From positions 317,254,001-317,318,000 of the forward strand of contig NC_091979.1 of the NCBI RefSeq assembly GCF_044704955.1: a stretch of 64,000 bases of DNA, written 5' to 3'. The number at the start of each line of letters is the position of its first letter. The first letter of the stretch is position 1. This document shows, piece by piece, positions 51,914-63,594 of the stretch. The DNA comes from Pristiophorus japonicus. Taxonomy: Eukaryota. The notes beneath the pieces were generated by a model. The model did not search any database, was not told where the DNA came from, and saw nothing but the letters and a program-made list of their open reading frames with translations. Position numbers and translations under genes: made by a program.

Positions 51914-52475
51914 CAAACGGTTCCACAAACTTACACGGAGCCAGTGGAAATTAATCAGCAACTGACCTGAGAGTGGTTGATGATCCCTTTAAATATCACT
52001 GGTCGGGTGTCCTTTCAGCTGCTGAACCCTGTTCAGCTGTGCGAGGGTAACACAGGGCGTTTCCTGCACCATTGAGGATGAAAATAACAGTTCTGGTGTC
52101 AAATTATCATTGCACGCTGACTGAGGTCACGATGTTCCCAATCTACATAATCTGGCACACGCTCCAAGCGCCGACACTAACGTCCTCAGAAAGATGGTGT
52201 CCAGCACGGCCTGCACCAGAATTGTGCGAGCACGGCGCGGATGCTGTTTTGACCCAAAAAGGCACCTATAGCGCCCAAACAACAGGTGCTACGCAATCGA
52301 ATTTTTAGTCCCAGGTGTCTGTTTAGTACCTCCAGGCGTTCAACTTGTGGTAATCACCAATTAGGACTAAAATTGTATGCTAAATCCAGACTTTCAAACA
52401 GGCGGGTCTTATTAGCACTGCTCCATTTCGCACCTGTTTTCAACCATTTGGTTCTCTGTTACGTTTTATAGATTT

Positions 52476-52492
52476 AGTTTCTATTCACATTC
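52476..52492 (+). promoter_or_regulatory. Degenerate ISRE upstream of IFIT exon 1
   Basis: AGTTTCTATTCACATTC, 160 bp before the ATG. A second ISRE-like AGTTTCACTTT lies in the intron at 53010-53020. Confidence 0.5.
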
Positions 52493-52635
52493 GGACAATG
52501 ATTTAAGCAATAACTGACTGAACAGGATAAACGAGCTGGAAAACAAAACATCAACACACTTCTCGATCAACTCTCCATTGGAAGTACAGTTGGAGCTGAA
52601 AAGGGAATTCAACGCATTGTCCATCGATCAGCACT

Positions 52636-52640
52636 ATGAG
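52636..52640 (+). CDS. IFIT: IFIT exon 1 coding part (ATG AG)
   Basis: gcactATGAG|GTAACG. The phase-2 donor matches the acceptor at 55007 and gives MSNTQK, the standard IFIT two-exon layout. Confidence 0.82.
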
Positions 52641-55007
52641 GTAACGGTCATTGGAATTCCTCCTTTATTTAAATTTACGTGTAGACTATTGAACAAGGAA
52701 CTAGTTTTCAGAAATAAAGTAGCTTACATTACAAAGCAGTTGAAATGCAGAGAGCTGGGATTAGTGGTTCACAGTGAGACACACAGATAAGGGAACACTG
52801 CTGCACCAAGACTGGTGATAGTCAGTAAACATGAGGCAAAAGGCAGACCTGTTCATAGGATTATATTCAGTAATAATTCAAATTACAATTAAAATTGGTT
52901 TCTGTTCAGAATTCATAGAAAGTACAAAGTTAATCTTGAATATTATACTGTGGTGGAAAGGCGCATTCTGTAAGTGCCCTTAGGTCATATCCAGAGTTTG
53001 AAGAAAGAAAGTTTCACTTTGTGTTCCATGGGAATCTAGAAGGGACCTACTAATGTAAAATAGTGATTTCCAGCACTTTCATATATCCAAACTAAAGCAA
53101 CCTGAACTATAAAGCAAAGGGAGAGTACAGCATGGACTGGGATGGGGGAATGGACACAGCATGAAATGCAGGAGGAGAGTGCCAGCTTAAAGTGTGTAGG
53201 AGAAGGAAAAGTGCTGACTTACATTGAGAATGGGGGCGGGGGAGAAGAGTGCTGACATGAACTGGGGGAAAGGACAGGTGCAGCAGTTTGAACGGAGCAG
53301 CAAAGGGAGGAAAGCCACCATGAACTGGGGCAGGGGTAAGAATGACAGCTTGGATTGTGGGGGGAGGGAGACGAGAGCCAACAGGAACAAGAGGCCGGCG
53401 GAGTAGAGTGCAAGGAGAAGCTGGGATGGCTGGGGGATGAAGTGTATCGACGTGAGTTTAACAGCAAGGAAGAAAGAATTTGTGTTGATGTAACACCTTA
53501 TCACACCTCTCAGAAATGTCCCAAAGTGCTTCACATTCAGTGAATTATTTTGCAGTGCAGTCAGTTGTTTTGTCGGGCAATGTGACAGCTCAGTTTGCAC
53601 AACAACAACTGGCATTTATATAGCGCCTTTAAACATCCCAAGGCTCTTCACAGTAAATTAATCAGACAACAATGGACACCGAGGCAAAGGTGGAGATATT
53701 TAGAAGGCTGACAAAAAGCTTATTCAAAGAGATAGGTTTTATGGAGAGTCTTAAAGTGGGATAGTGAGGTGGCAAAGTTTAGCTGAAGCCACGGCCAACA
53801 TTGGTGTGTTAGGTGGAGGATGGACACGAGCCCAAGTTGGAGGAATGCAGAATTCGCGGAGGATCTGTTATTGGTGGTTTTGCTTGAGGGAAGAATATTG
53901 GAAAATACATCTCCTTGCTTTTCTTCAAATAGTGCCATTGAATCTTTAAGGTCCACCTGAACCACTTGAACAGGCAGATACTGCCTTGGCTTAAAATCTC
54001 ACCTGTATGGTGAAAGATTTTCAGCAGGATAAGAGTCAGTTCATGAAACATGGTCTTTCAGAATCCTTTGTGTTGGACCTTCTTTTTTGCTTTAAGGGTA
54101 GGATTACAGAGGATTACATAGGATACACAGCACAGAAACAGGCCATTCAGCCCAACCATGCTGGTTTATGCTCCACTCGAGCTTCCTCTTGTCTTTCCTC
54201 AGCTAATTCTATCTGCATAACCCTCTAATCCCTTCTCCCTCATTTGCTTACCGGGTCTCCCCTTAAATGCATCTATAGTATTTCCTTCAACCAGTCCCTA
54301 TGGTCGCGAGTTCCACATTCTCACCGCTCTCTGGGTAAAGAAGCTTCTTTTGAATTCCCTATTTGATTTCTTGGTGTCTATCTTATACTGATGGCCTCTA
54401 GTTTTGCTCTTTCACAAAAGAGGAAATATTCTCTCTGTAAGCACTCTTATCAAAACCTTTCAGAATTTTAAAGAACTTCAATTGAATATTGGAGTTGGAA
54501 TGATCTGGCTCACAGACAGCAGGGTCCATGAGGGTTCCTGTTCAGTGGAGAGTTACCTGGACTGCCAATGTGAGACGGAGAGCATTTTAGAATTAGCTCT
54601 GATCTTTTTAGTGAGGAGCTCCCATTTCAGAATGGAATACATGAATGAGAAGGAGATGTAATGGGTGAACCAACAGGCAGCCTCAGAACTTCAATCAATG
54701 TTCCTGTTCATATCATTGGGAGTGGAAGTGTTTGAGGTGATGCTGCACATTGGGTGAGAAGACTAAATGTCCAGGAGCTGGTACATCAGCCAGCATGAAG
54801 GAGACCAGTGTAAGTACAGCTGAGATTTGCAGTCATACCGTTGCCTTTTGCAATGGTTTTAGCAGAGGTCACCTTTGTGTGACCAGAGATTTCATGGTCA
54901 GTGGGTCCAGGAGTCGGGAGAAGGCTTTAGTTAAAGAAACCGGAGAGAGGGGAGGGGGTGACACAGCCAGTCTGAGATGGGTTTTGATGAATTTTGTTCT
55001 CTTGCAG

Positions 55008-56460
55008 CAACACACAGAAAGATTTGTTGAAAGTGAAGCTCGATCAGCTTCAATGTCACTTCACATGGGGCCCACAGAAAGAAAACATTGACTTGGACAA
55101 CATGAAGTATAGATTGCAAGATTCAATACAGGCTGGTGTGGAATATCAGGCCAGGTCTTACAACCACCTCGCTTTTGTAAACTGTCTGCAAGGCAACTGT
55201 GAAGAGGCAATTCAAAACTTAAAGGAAGCTGAAAAGATTCTGGGGGAGAACCATGAACATGAATTTGAAAGAAGAAGCATCATCACCTATGGAAACTATG
55301 CCTGGGTATATTATCACATGGGCCAACTGACAGAGGCCCAGTCCCACCTCGACAAGCTGGAGATGATCTGTAAACAATTTACTGATGGCTCTCGGTATAC
55401 AGCACTGATACCTGAAGTATACGGGGAGAAGGGTTGGTCACTGTTGAGTTCTGCTGCTCAATACTATGAAGAGGCAAAGGAATGTTTTGAGAAGGCTCTG
55501 GAGGAAGATCCTGATGACACTGAATGGAACGTTGGCTATGCGACTGTTCTGTTCCGTCTGGAAGGGTTTTCTGGTACCCCAGAGAGTGGTGACCGCAGCC
55601 AATCAGTGAAGCAGTTGCGACGTGTGCTGGAACTTGATCCAGATGACTCTGTAGCCATGGTGATGTTGGCTCTAAAACTACAAGAGTTCAATCAAAAGGA
55701 GGAAGCACTGAAATTAGTTGAACAAGCATTGCAGAAGTCCCCTGATCTTCCATATGTAACTCGTTATGCAGCAAAATTTTACAGAATTAATGGAGATGTG
55801 GAAAAAGCTGTGGAGCTGTTGAAGAAAGCTTTAGAAATTAGCCCAAACTCTACCTTCTTACACCACCAAATAGGTCTGTGTTACAGAAAAAAACTATATC
55901 GACTGATCAACAATCCAGGCAGTAAAGACCCTCGCAATCCTGCTTTTCAACAGAAAGCTGACTTAATCAATAAATGCAAGTACCATTTTGAAAAGGCATT
56001 TGAGCCCCGCCCTTTAACATCTATTAAGCCACAGCTGGATTTTGCAGGAATCTGTTCATTAAATGAAGAATTTTTCAAAGCAGATGCGATCTACAGCAAT
56101 CTACTGAAATTAGAAAATATTCGCCAAGAAAATAAGCAGCAAATATGTTTAGCGGTCGGATTATTTGAACTGCACCAGAAAAGATCTGAATCAAATGCCG
56201 TCACCCATTTTCTGGAAGGAGTGAAAGTCAAATATGACTCAATAGAACGGAGAAGGTGTCACGAAAACTTGGAGAAGATAGCAGAAACACAACTTTGCAT
56301 AAATTCAAGAGACAGCAAAGCCCTTGGTGTTCTTGGGTTACTGCACCAGCTGGATGGGAAGAATTGTAAAGCTATTGAATGCTTTGAAAAGGCCCTGGAG
56401 TTTGATTGTCACAATGAAGAATATCTAAGTGCTCTCGCTGAATTACGCCTTTCTATCTAG
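55008..56460 (+). CDS. IFIT: Interferon-induced protein with tetratricopeptide repeats (IFIT5/IFIT1-like), main exon; 485 aa with exon 1
   Basis: Acceptor ttttgttctcttgcag|; CHFTW, GNYAWVYYHM, EKGW, PYVTRYAAKFYR and HHQIG motifs; open to TAG. Confidence 0.96.
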
Positions 56461-56857
56461 ACAACTCTCTTGTTCCCAGCTAAAACTAAACATATTTTTG
56501 AAAGATGCATTAATACTCTCTGATTTATGAGCAGGTTTGGTAGGGTACTCGCTTCACTTATTATATTCTGCTGGTACTTTCTTTTGAATTATTTTACTCG
56601 TGTGTATAATTTTCAAACAATGATCTTTCTGTAGTTATTCAAAATTCCTGTGCTTCATTCAAGAATATTGACACCACTGGTGAACTAACCAATAGGATTT
56701 GTTCCTGTATCCTTCGACCTTTTGCTATGTGTGAAACGATACAAAATAACGTGGGTTTTGGGGAAATTAGAGTTAATTGAGCCAATGGGACAGAGCCACA
56801 ATAGTTGTATTTTATGAATTATAGGAACAGTTTTTTAGACAATAATACACATTACAT

Positions 56858-57455
56858 GGGCCCGATTTTAACTCCAGATGGGTTTTGGGTGGGTGAGCGG
56901 CGAGGGGAATGGGAAACTCACCTGTTGCTGCAGATATCGGGCCCGGGGTATTTTAAATCCCGAACTTCATTATCGTGCGGCCATTCCACTTCCCGGCCAC
57001 AGGGCGTGCAGGCAGGTGCGGTGAAGGTGGTTCTGGGAGGGTCTCGGGGATGGAATGGGGGATGTGGGGAGTCCGGGGCAGGGGAGCCCCAAACTTTCAT
57101 TTTGGGGCCTGGCGGGGCATTCCTGCACAAAGGAAAGTCAAACACTTACACCTTGACATCCTGATTCTCCTCAGAGCTGCTTCGGCCTGTTGGAAAAGCT
57201 GCACCGGCTTCCCCCGCCCAGGCCAGAGTTAACGGCGCAGTCAGGGCCCGATGATGTCACCACACCCCGTGTGTGATGTCACCACACCCCGGTCCGTATG
57301 TGGTGTCACCAGACCCTGTGTGTGTGATGTCACCAGACCCCGGTCCGTGTGTGATGTCACCACACCCCAGTCCGTTATTGTCAATGATGACCCTGCCACT
57401 TTTGACGAGTGGCTGAGTCCAATCTCTGCCAAGTGGGCAGGTTTAAAATCGCCCC
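56858..57455. mobile_element. MITE-like element at the same site as 25121, with a different right half
   Basis: GGGCCCGATTTTAA...TTAAAATCGCCCCC inverted ends. Confidence 0.55.
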
Positions 57456-59202
57456 CAATGAAGTTCTAAATAATTTAGAAAACTAGGTAGATAGAGGGAC
57501 ACTGATGTCCAAATATATACGAAAAATGTGATTTATTATGATCATCATCTGTTTAGGTGTTTTAACAGCAATGCAGGTAAAGCATTATAGCTGGAGGTGC
57601 ATAAGCTTCAGTGCACTGTGAGCATGTGACTTATACTCTTTTTATGGTAATGATGGTGTAAAAAAATCTCCAATCCAGCCCATAGAGGGTGCAATAAAAC
57701 CACTCTGTCGACCTATCTTTCACTTGCTGCCTCTTCACAATAAAGTCCACCTTCGGGTGAAAGGCTTTCCATGTGTACCAGTTGAGAGAGGACCAACGAC
57801 CACTGCAGGCCCTTCAAATAAATCATCAGCTTGATTCTGTTGCTCTGAAGCTTTGCTGACAGACGATTGGACTCCCATCCAGAGCGTTCATTCAGATCTC
57901 AGCCTCTGTCACTGGGAGTCTCCCTGCCCTGTAACTGGTCAGCTGCACCAGCTCTTCATCAAACCTTCTGTGTCCCTCAGTGGCCAACACAGAGCAGCTT
58001 GGACAATACCCGGGAAAGTCCCTTTTCCAGAGACTGTCACCATCTCTGTGAAGAAACTCAGTCGAGGGAGGAAAGCGAAAGGATCTAGAAATAGGTTAAA
58101 ATGGGAATAAAATATCAAAACACAATGGCTGCAGACACTGATTTTCCCGAGATTTCAATTGTAATTGTAATATCAGAGATTGAACATTAAAATAACCAAT
58201 AAAATTAATCTGTGGCAAAGACTTAGTTTGTGTTGTTGTTATGTATGCAATAAAGGTTCAAACTGAGTACTGTTTAACTAAGCAAGGTACAACCTTGGCT
58301 ATGTTTTATTTAGGCCCAAAATGCCTGACTCTCAAAATCAAGGGGCTATGGCGGGGAGGAACTTAATACAATCACGGTCACTAAAGAAAGAGTACTCGGT
58401 AAAATAATGGGACTAAAGGTGGACAAGTCCCCTGGACCTGATGGCTTGCATCCTCGGGTCTTAAAAGAAGTGGCTGCAGAGATAGTGGATGCATTGGTTG
58501 TAATGTACCAAAATTTCCTGCATTCTGGAGAGGCATACAACAACGAGTGGGGTGCCGCAGGGATCGGTGCTGGGACCTATCTATATTAATGACTTGGATG
58601 AAGGGACCGAATGTAATGTAGCCAAGTTTGCTGAAAGATGGGCGGGAAAGCAAATTGAGAGGACACAAAAAATCTGCAAAGGTATATAGACAGGTTAAGT
58701 GAGTGGGCAAACATTTGGCAGATGGAATATAATGTCAGAAAATGTGAGGTTATCCACTTTGGCAGACAAAATATAAAAGCAAATTATAATTTAAATGTAG
58801 AAAAATTGCAAAGTGCTTCAGTGCAGAGGGACCTGGGGATACTTGTGCATGAAACACAAAAAGTTAGTATGCAGGTACAGCAAATAATCAGGAAGGCAAA
58901 TGGAATGTTGGCCTTTATTGCAAGGGGGATAAATTATAAAAGCAGAGAAGTCCTGCTACAACTGTAAAGGGTATTGCGTGCAGTTTTGGTCTCCGTATTT
59001 AAGGAATTGAATACATGCATTGGAGGCTGTTGAGAGAAGTTTCACGAGGTTGATTCCGGAGATGAAGGGGTTGACTTATGAAGATAGGTTGAGTAGGTTG
59101 GGACTATACTTATTGGAGTTCAGAAGAATGAGAGGTGATCTTATCGAAACATATGATAATGAGAGAGTTCGACAAGTTGGATGCAGAGAGGATATTTCCA
59201 CT

Positions 59203-59406
59203 TGTTAGTGTTAGTGTTTATCCGAAGAATCACTCAACACTCAGAGTCGGTTCCAATGCCAGTGCGGCCTTTATTGATGCCAGCGGGGAGGAAGTCACAG
59301 GACTGGATCCAGGCTTCTCTCCCCGTTGGTGTCAATAAAGACCGCACTGGCATTGGAACCGACTCTGAGTGTTGAGTGATTCTTCTGATAAACACTAACA
59401 CGAACA
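59203..59406. repeat. Palindromic 5' LTR (arms about 59203-59296 and 59312-59406); third arm copy at 63595-63677
   Basis: The arms are reverse complements with few mismatches; each carries AATAAA on its own strand. Confidence 0.93.
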
Positions 59407-59952
59407 GTGGCATCATGAGCAGGATTTCGGGGTCGCTGAACGCTCTTGGAGAAACCGGGTGAGTATATCTTAAACAAAATAAAGGGTGCGGAAGGTGGAT
59501 GCTGATTGATCGACACGAGGAGACGGTCCAATATCTCAAACACCTAGCCTGAGTCTGAATTAAGAGGACTTTAGTCCCACGTGACGGCCAGGAATTAAGT
59601 AGGTGCCGGGAACACACTTGGACCGTGGGATCGTGATACTGAAAGGCATCTTCCGGACCCAACAGTGTAATTTGAAATATACCCTGGGGTAGAACGAAGC
59701 GGTGTACAGCGGCTAACGGAATCCAAACCTGTGAACAGGGTTGGACCAACAGGCTGAGCGGTGGTAGGTAGTTGTTAAGGATACGTAGAGTACTGCGGGA
59801 ATTGCTTAAACTCGTTTTAAGAATTGTATAAGTTTGTGTAACAGCAAAACTTGTGACCTGACAGTAGCCAGGAGACGGTCTACTACAAGTTGCGCTCGGA
59901 AGAAAGCGGACCTCTGAGAGTAGATTCCTAACGGTACTAGTCCTACCCAGGG

Positions 59953-61305
59953 ATGGCCATGAAAACAAGTAACCTCGAGTGGGGACCAGAAGGTCCCTTA
60001 CCCGCCACCTGGCGGAAAAACAAAAGAAGCTCATCGAAAAAAATGATTAGAGCAAGATGGGATCCTCAGGACCTGCCAGCGAAGCAAAGGGAATGGTGGG
60101 AGAAGGAAAAGAAAGACAAAGAGGGAAGGGCAGTAGTTTTGATACTGCGAGCCCATGTAAAGTTAACAGAGAAAGTTAACCAGTATGTGCAAACAAAAAG
60201 AAAGCAAGTAACTGTTGCAAACGGACAGACAGTTTTGCCGGTCCTGACCATAAATAGCCCAAGTGCACCACCTAGTGAGGAAGATTGGGAATGAAACGGA
60301 TAGTTGCGACTCGGTTAAAGGGGACGTCTTGCCACCCCCATATGCCACAATAAACCCGGCCCCGATCGCGCCGCTAAAGGTGGATCGCATACCCGAGATC
60401 CCAGCAGGAGCAAGACGCAATGGCAGTCCCACCATACCCGCACAAACACGAATAACATACACATCGCTGTCCCCCGGGGACACGATGCAGTTGTTAGACA
60501 AACTGCCACCCCTCATACCCCGCCATAACAATGCAACCTTCTGGCAGAAGCTCAAGGAAATGACAAGTTGCCACCAGCTCCACAATCAAGATATCGCTGG
60601 TATAGTTAGGATTAAAATGCCAGAAAACTACTGGGACAGACTACCTAATGATTACCGAAGCGATACCTGGTGTACCGACCTGTCTGCTACTAGGTAACAG
60701 CAGGAGACGAATGTGACACTCGTTCTAGGCCAGGTTCCCGTAAACTGGAACTCTCTAGTGGGAGTAGTGCAGAAGAAGGACGAACGGGCACCAGAGTACG
60801 GGGTTAGGGAATTTGAGGCGTTCTTGACACATCGCGGAGTACCGGACGCAGACTGGCAGAACCCGGCCTTCATACAGTTGTATAAGGACGGACTCAGCTC
60901 TGCACACCAAGCCATCCTAAAAACAGGCTTAGTGGTACATAATCATTTTGATGATCTGGAAAGTTGGGCGACCTCGGTAGACAATCAACAAAGGTCCAAG
61001 ATAGCCGCCAGTACAGCGGAGGTCTGCGCGGCCACCGACAAAAAGGCGGCTGAGACATGCTCCAACTGCAACAAAACGGGACATCGCCGCGCCGAGTGTA
61101 GAGCCCCAAAACGCGACGGACGCAACAAGTGTAGGAACTGTGACCGATTAGGTCACGAGTCAAAGGACTGTTGGGCAAAGGGAGGTGGCAAGGAAGGGAA
61201 GGGACCGCAACGGGGACCTAAAACGGGACAAAACCCCAATGAAAGAGCCCCGGACGTTAGTACCCTCGGAAATCAGCAGCTGCTGGACATTATACAGCAG
61301 CTGAC
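59953..61305 (+). pseudogene. ERV gag (frameshift and stop) with two CCHC zinc knuckles
   Basis: PPPY late-domain motif; CSNCNKTGHRRAEC and CRNCDRLGHESKDC. Confidence 0.85.
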
Positions 61306-61338
61306 CCAGTACAGCGGAGGTCTGCGCGGCCACCGACA

Positions 61339-63198
61339 TAGTGGAATTGCTAAACACCGGGAGGTTAAAAACAGTGTCAGATACGCGACGAGCTACCTGG
61401 GAGGCAGTACTATTACCCAAAGACCAGTCCATACAAGTAATCAGGGATATAGGTTTTAATCCCGCGGAGGGAATAGTGACCGAAGGTGAACCCCATAGCT
61501 GCAAAACTGAGATAGACCAAGGAACGGAAGGGGGAATAGCCGATGAACCTCTGAGCGACCCCAATTTAACCCTTTACATTGATGGGTCCCGACGATCTAT
61601 TGACGGGCAATTCCGCACCGGGTGGGGCGTGGTAGACCAGGATGGTGCCACCCTCCTGTGAGGGGCACTGGAAGGGACAGTGTCCGTCCAAGTGGCGGAG
61701 CTGGTAGCGTTGACCGAAGCCCTCAAATGGGCAAAGGGGAAGCGTGTAAATGTTTATACTGACAGCCGGTACGCATTCGGGGTAGTACACGAATACGTGA
61801 TAGCCTGGAGCAGACGTGGATACATAACTTCAGGGGGGACACATTAAACACGAGAATATAGTTCGGGAATCGGTAAAAGCCGTTAAAAGACCTGCGACGG
61901 CAGCAGTAATAAAGATCAAGGCGCATCAAAGGGTAGAGACCAGGGAACAACGGGGAAACATGTTGGCAGATCAAGCAGCTAGGAGCGCAGCGGAAGAAGA
62001 TGAGCCCCAGATAATTAAAGTGGCCGTGATAGGACCAGGAGAGCTGAATATCCGTAAGGTACAGGAAGAAAGTAGCTCGGAGGAACGGTCGCGATGGGAG
62101 AGCAAGGGGGCTAGCATTGGGGAGGACGGGGTATGGAGAAAGGGATTACAAGTAGTCGCCCCGTCCTCAATCCAGACCGAACTACTCCGGCTACACCACG
62201 AGCCAGACCACACTGGGCGAGACGGAATGCTGAGCCGTCTGCTCAAAGACTGGTGGTGGGCCGGGGTAGGGCGAGACGTAGCCAAACATTGCCAGCGCTG
62301 CATAGTATGTGCACAGCATAATCCAGGCAGACCCATAAAGGTTAAAATGGCACATCAGACACATCCCAGGGGCCCGTGGGAGAATCTACAGATTGATTTC
62401 ACAGGGCCCCTACCCACCAGTCGGGGAAAGAAATACTGCCTGGTCATTATCGGTCAGTTTACCAGGTGGGTTGAGGTTTTTCCCACCCGGGATTGCGGAG
62501 CATCCACGGTAGCGCAGATTCTCGCATTCGACATGATCCCACGGTGGGGAGTGCCCCTTCAAATTGACTCAGACCAGGGGATACACTTTACGGGACAGGT
62601 CATGAAGCGGGCATGTGGTCTGCTTGGAATCCGACAAGGGTTCCACATCCCGTACCACCCCCAGAGCTCGGGAATGGTCGAGCGAATGAACCGTACCCTC
62701 AAGACAGCAATTGCCAAAGCCATAACTGAGACCGGGAAGGGATGGGTGGATGTTTTACCCTGCATATTAATGAGACTTAGGGCTACCCCTAACCGGACCA
62801 CAGGCCTGACCCCCTTTGAATTGATGACGGGGAGGGCCATGAGACTCCCCGAAGGCATCATAACGGGGGGAGAGGACATGGGGCCTTTACGAGATCGGAT
62901 TAAACAATATGTAAAACAATTAGATTCACAGCTAAAGGAACTAAGGAAAGAGGTGCTGGAGCAACAGACCATACGGGACTTGGAGATCCAAAACAAAGGA
63001 AAGGCCGACGCACCCCTCCCACAGGTAGGCGACAAAGTGTTGGTACAAGTCACCCCCGACAGGACGGGGTTTGCCCCAAGGTGGACCGGACCGTATGACA
63101 TCATTTTGACTAGCGACACGTGTGCATGTGTCGACATGAGAGGAAAAGGCCGGTGGAAGCACTGGTCGCAATTAAAAAGGTATAACTCAGAAGGATAA
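61339..63198 (+). pseudogene. ERV pol 3' part: end of tether, RNase H (stop and frameshift), open integrase
   Basis: RRATWEAVLL...FNPA...HSC; YIDGS, QVAEL, YTDSRYAFG, KIKAH...GNMLADQAA; HHCC, LQIDFTG, DSDQG, SSGMVER, WTGPY. Confidence 0.9.
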
Positions 63199-63398
63199 TG
63201 GCTGAACCAAGGGTGATACGCCTAGACGAGACGGAATGGTATGCTGTAAAATACCAGGAGTGGTTGGACACCCTTTTGGAAGGGGTGTTCGGAGGAATAG
63301 CTTTGGCCTTGGTGATAATAGGAGTTTGGGTAATATTTAAGTGGGTAAAGACACGGGCGTACGCCCCACAGATTCAGCTCGAAATGGTTCGATTGTAA
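63198..63398 (+). CDS. Putative ERV accessory single-pass membrane protein, 66 aa
   Basis: ATG overlaps the pol stop (TAATG); TM segment GVFGGIALALVIIGVWVIF followed by KWVKTR. Confidence 0.5.
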   Translation: MAEPRVIRLDETEWYAVKYQEWLDTLLEGVFGGIALALVIIGVWVIFKWVKTRAYAPQIQLEMVRL

Positions 63399-63509
63399 CC
63401 TTGTGCTTCTGATTTCGCAGGGTGACAGGGACATTCGTCGATCAAAAAAAACTTAACTCCTGGTGATGACCAGGCCGTCTGTTTAAAATTACAGATAATA
63501 CTTACCAGA

Positions 63510-63594
63510 ATGGGAATACGAACGGCGCTACTCGTAATATGGATAGCCCTGCGACATGCATGTACCCTGGACAACACCGACGGACAGCAGAGCA
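63510..63594 (+). pseudogene. Truncated env start (signal peptide)
   Basis: MGIRTALLVIWIALRHACT-LDNT follows the acceptor-like ttgtgcttctgatttcgcag (63420) and runs directly into the LTR arm. Confidence 0.5.

Noticed and set aside
54994-55007. ORF-track start of IFIT at TTG
   Set aside because: Lies in the polypyrimidine tract; the ATG is in exon 1 at 52636.
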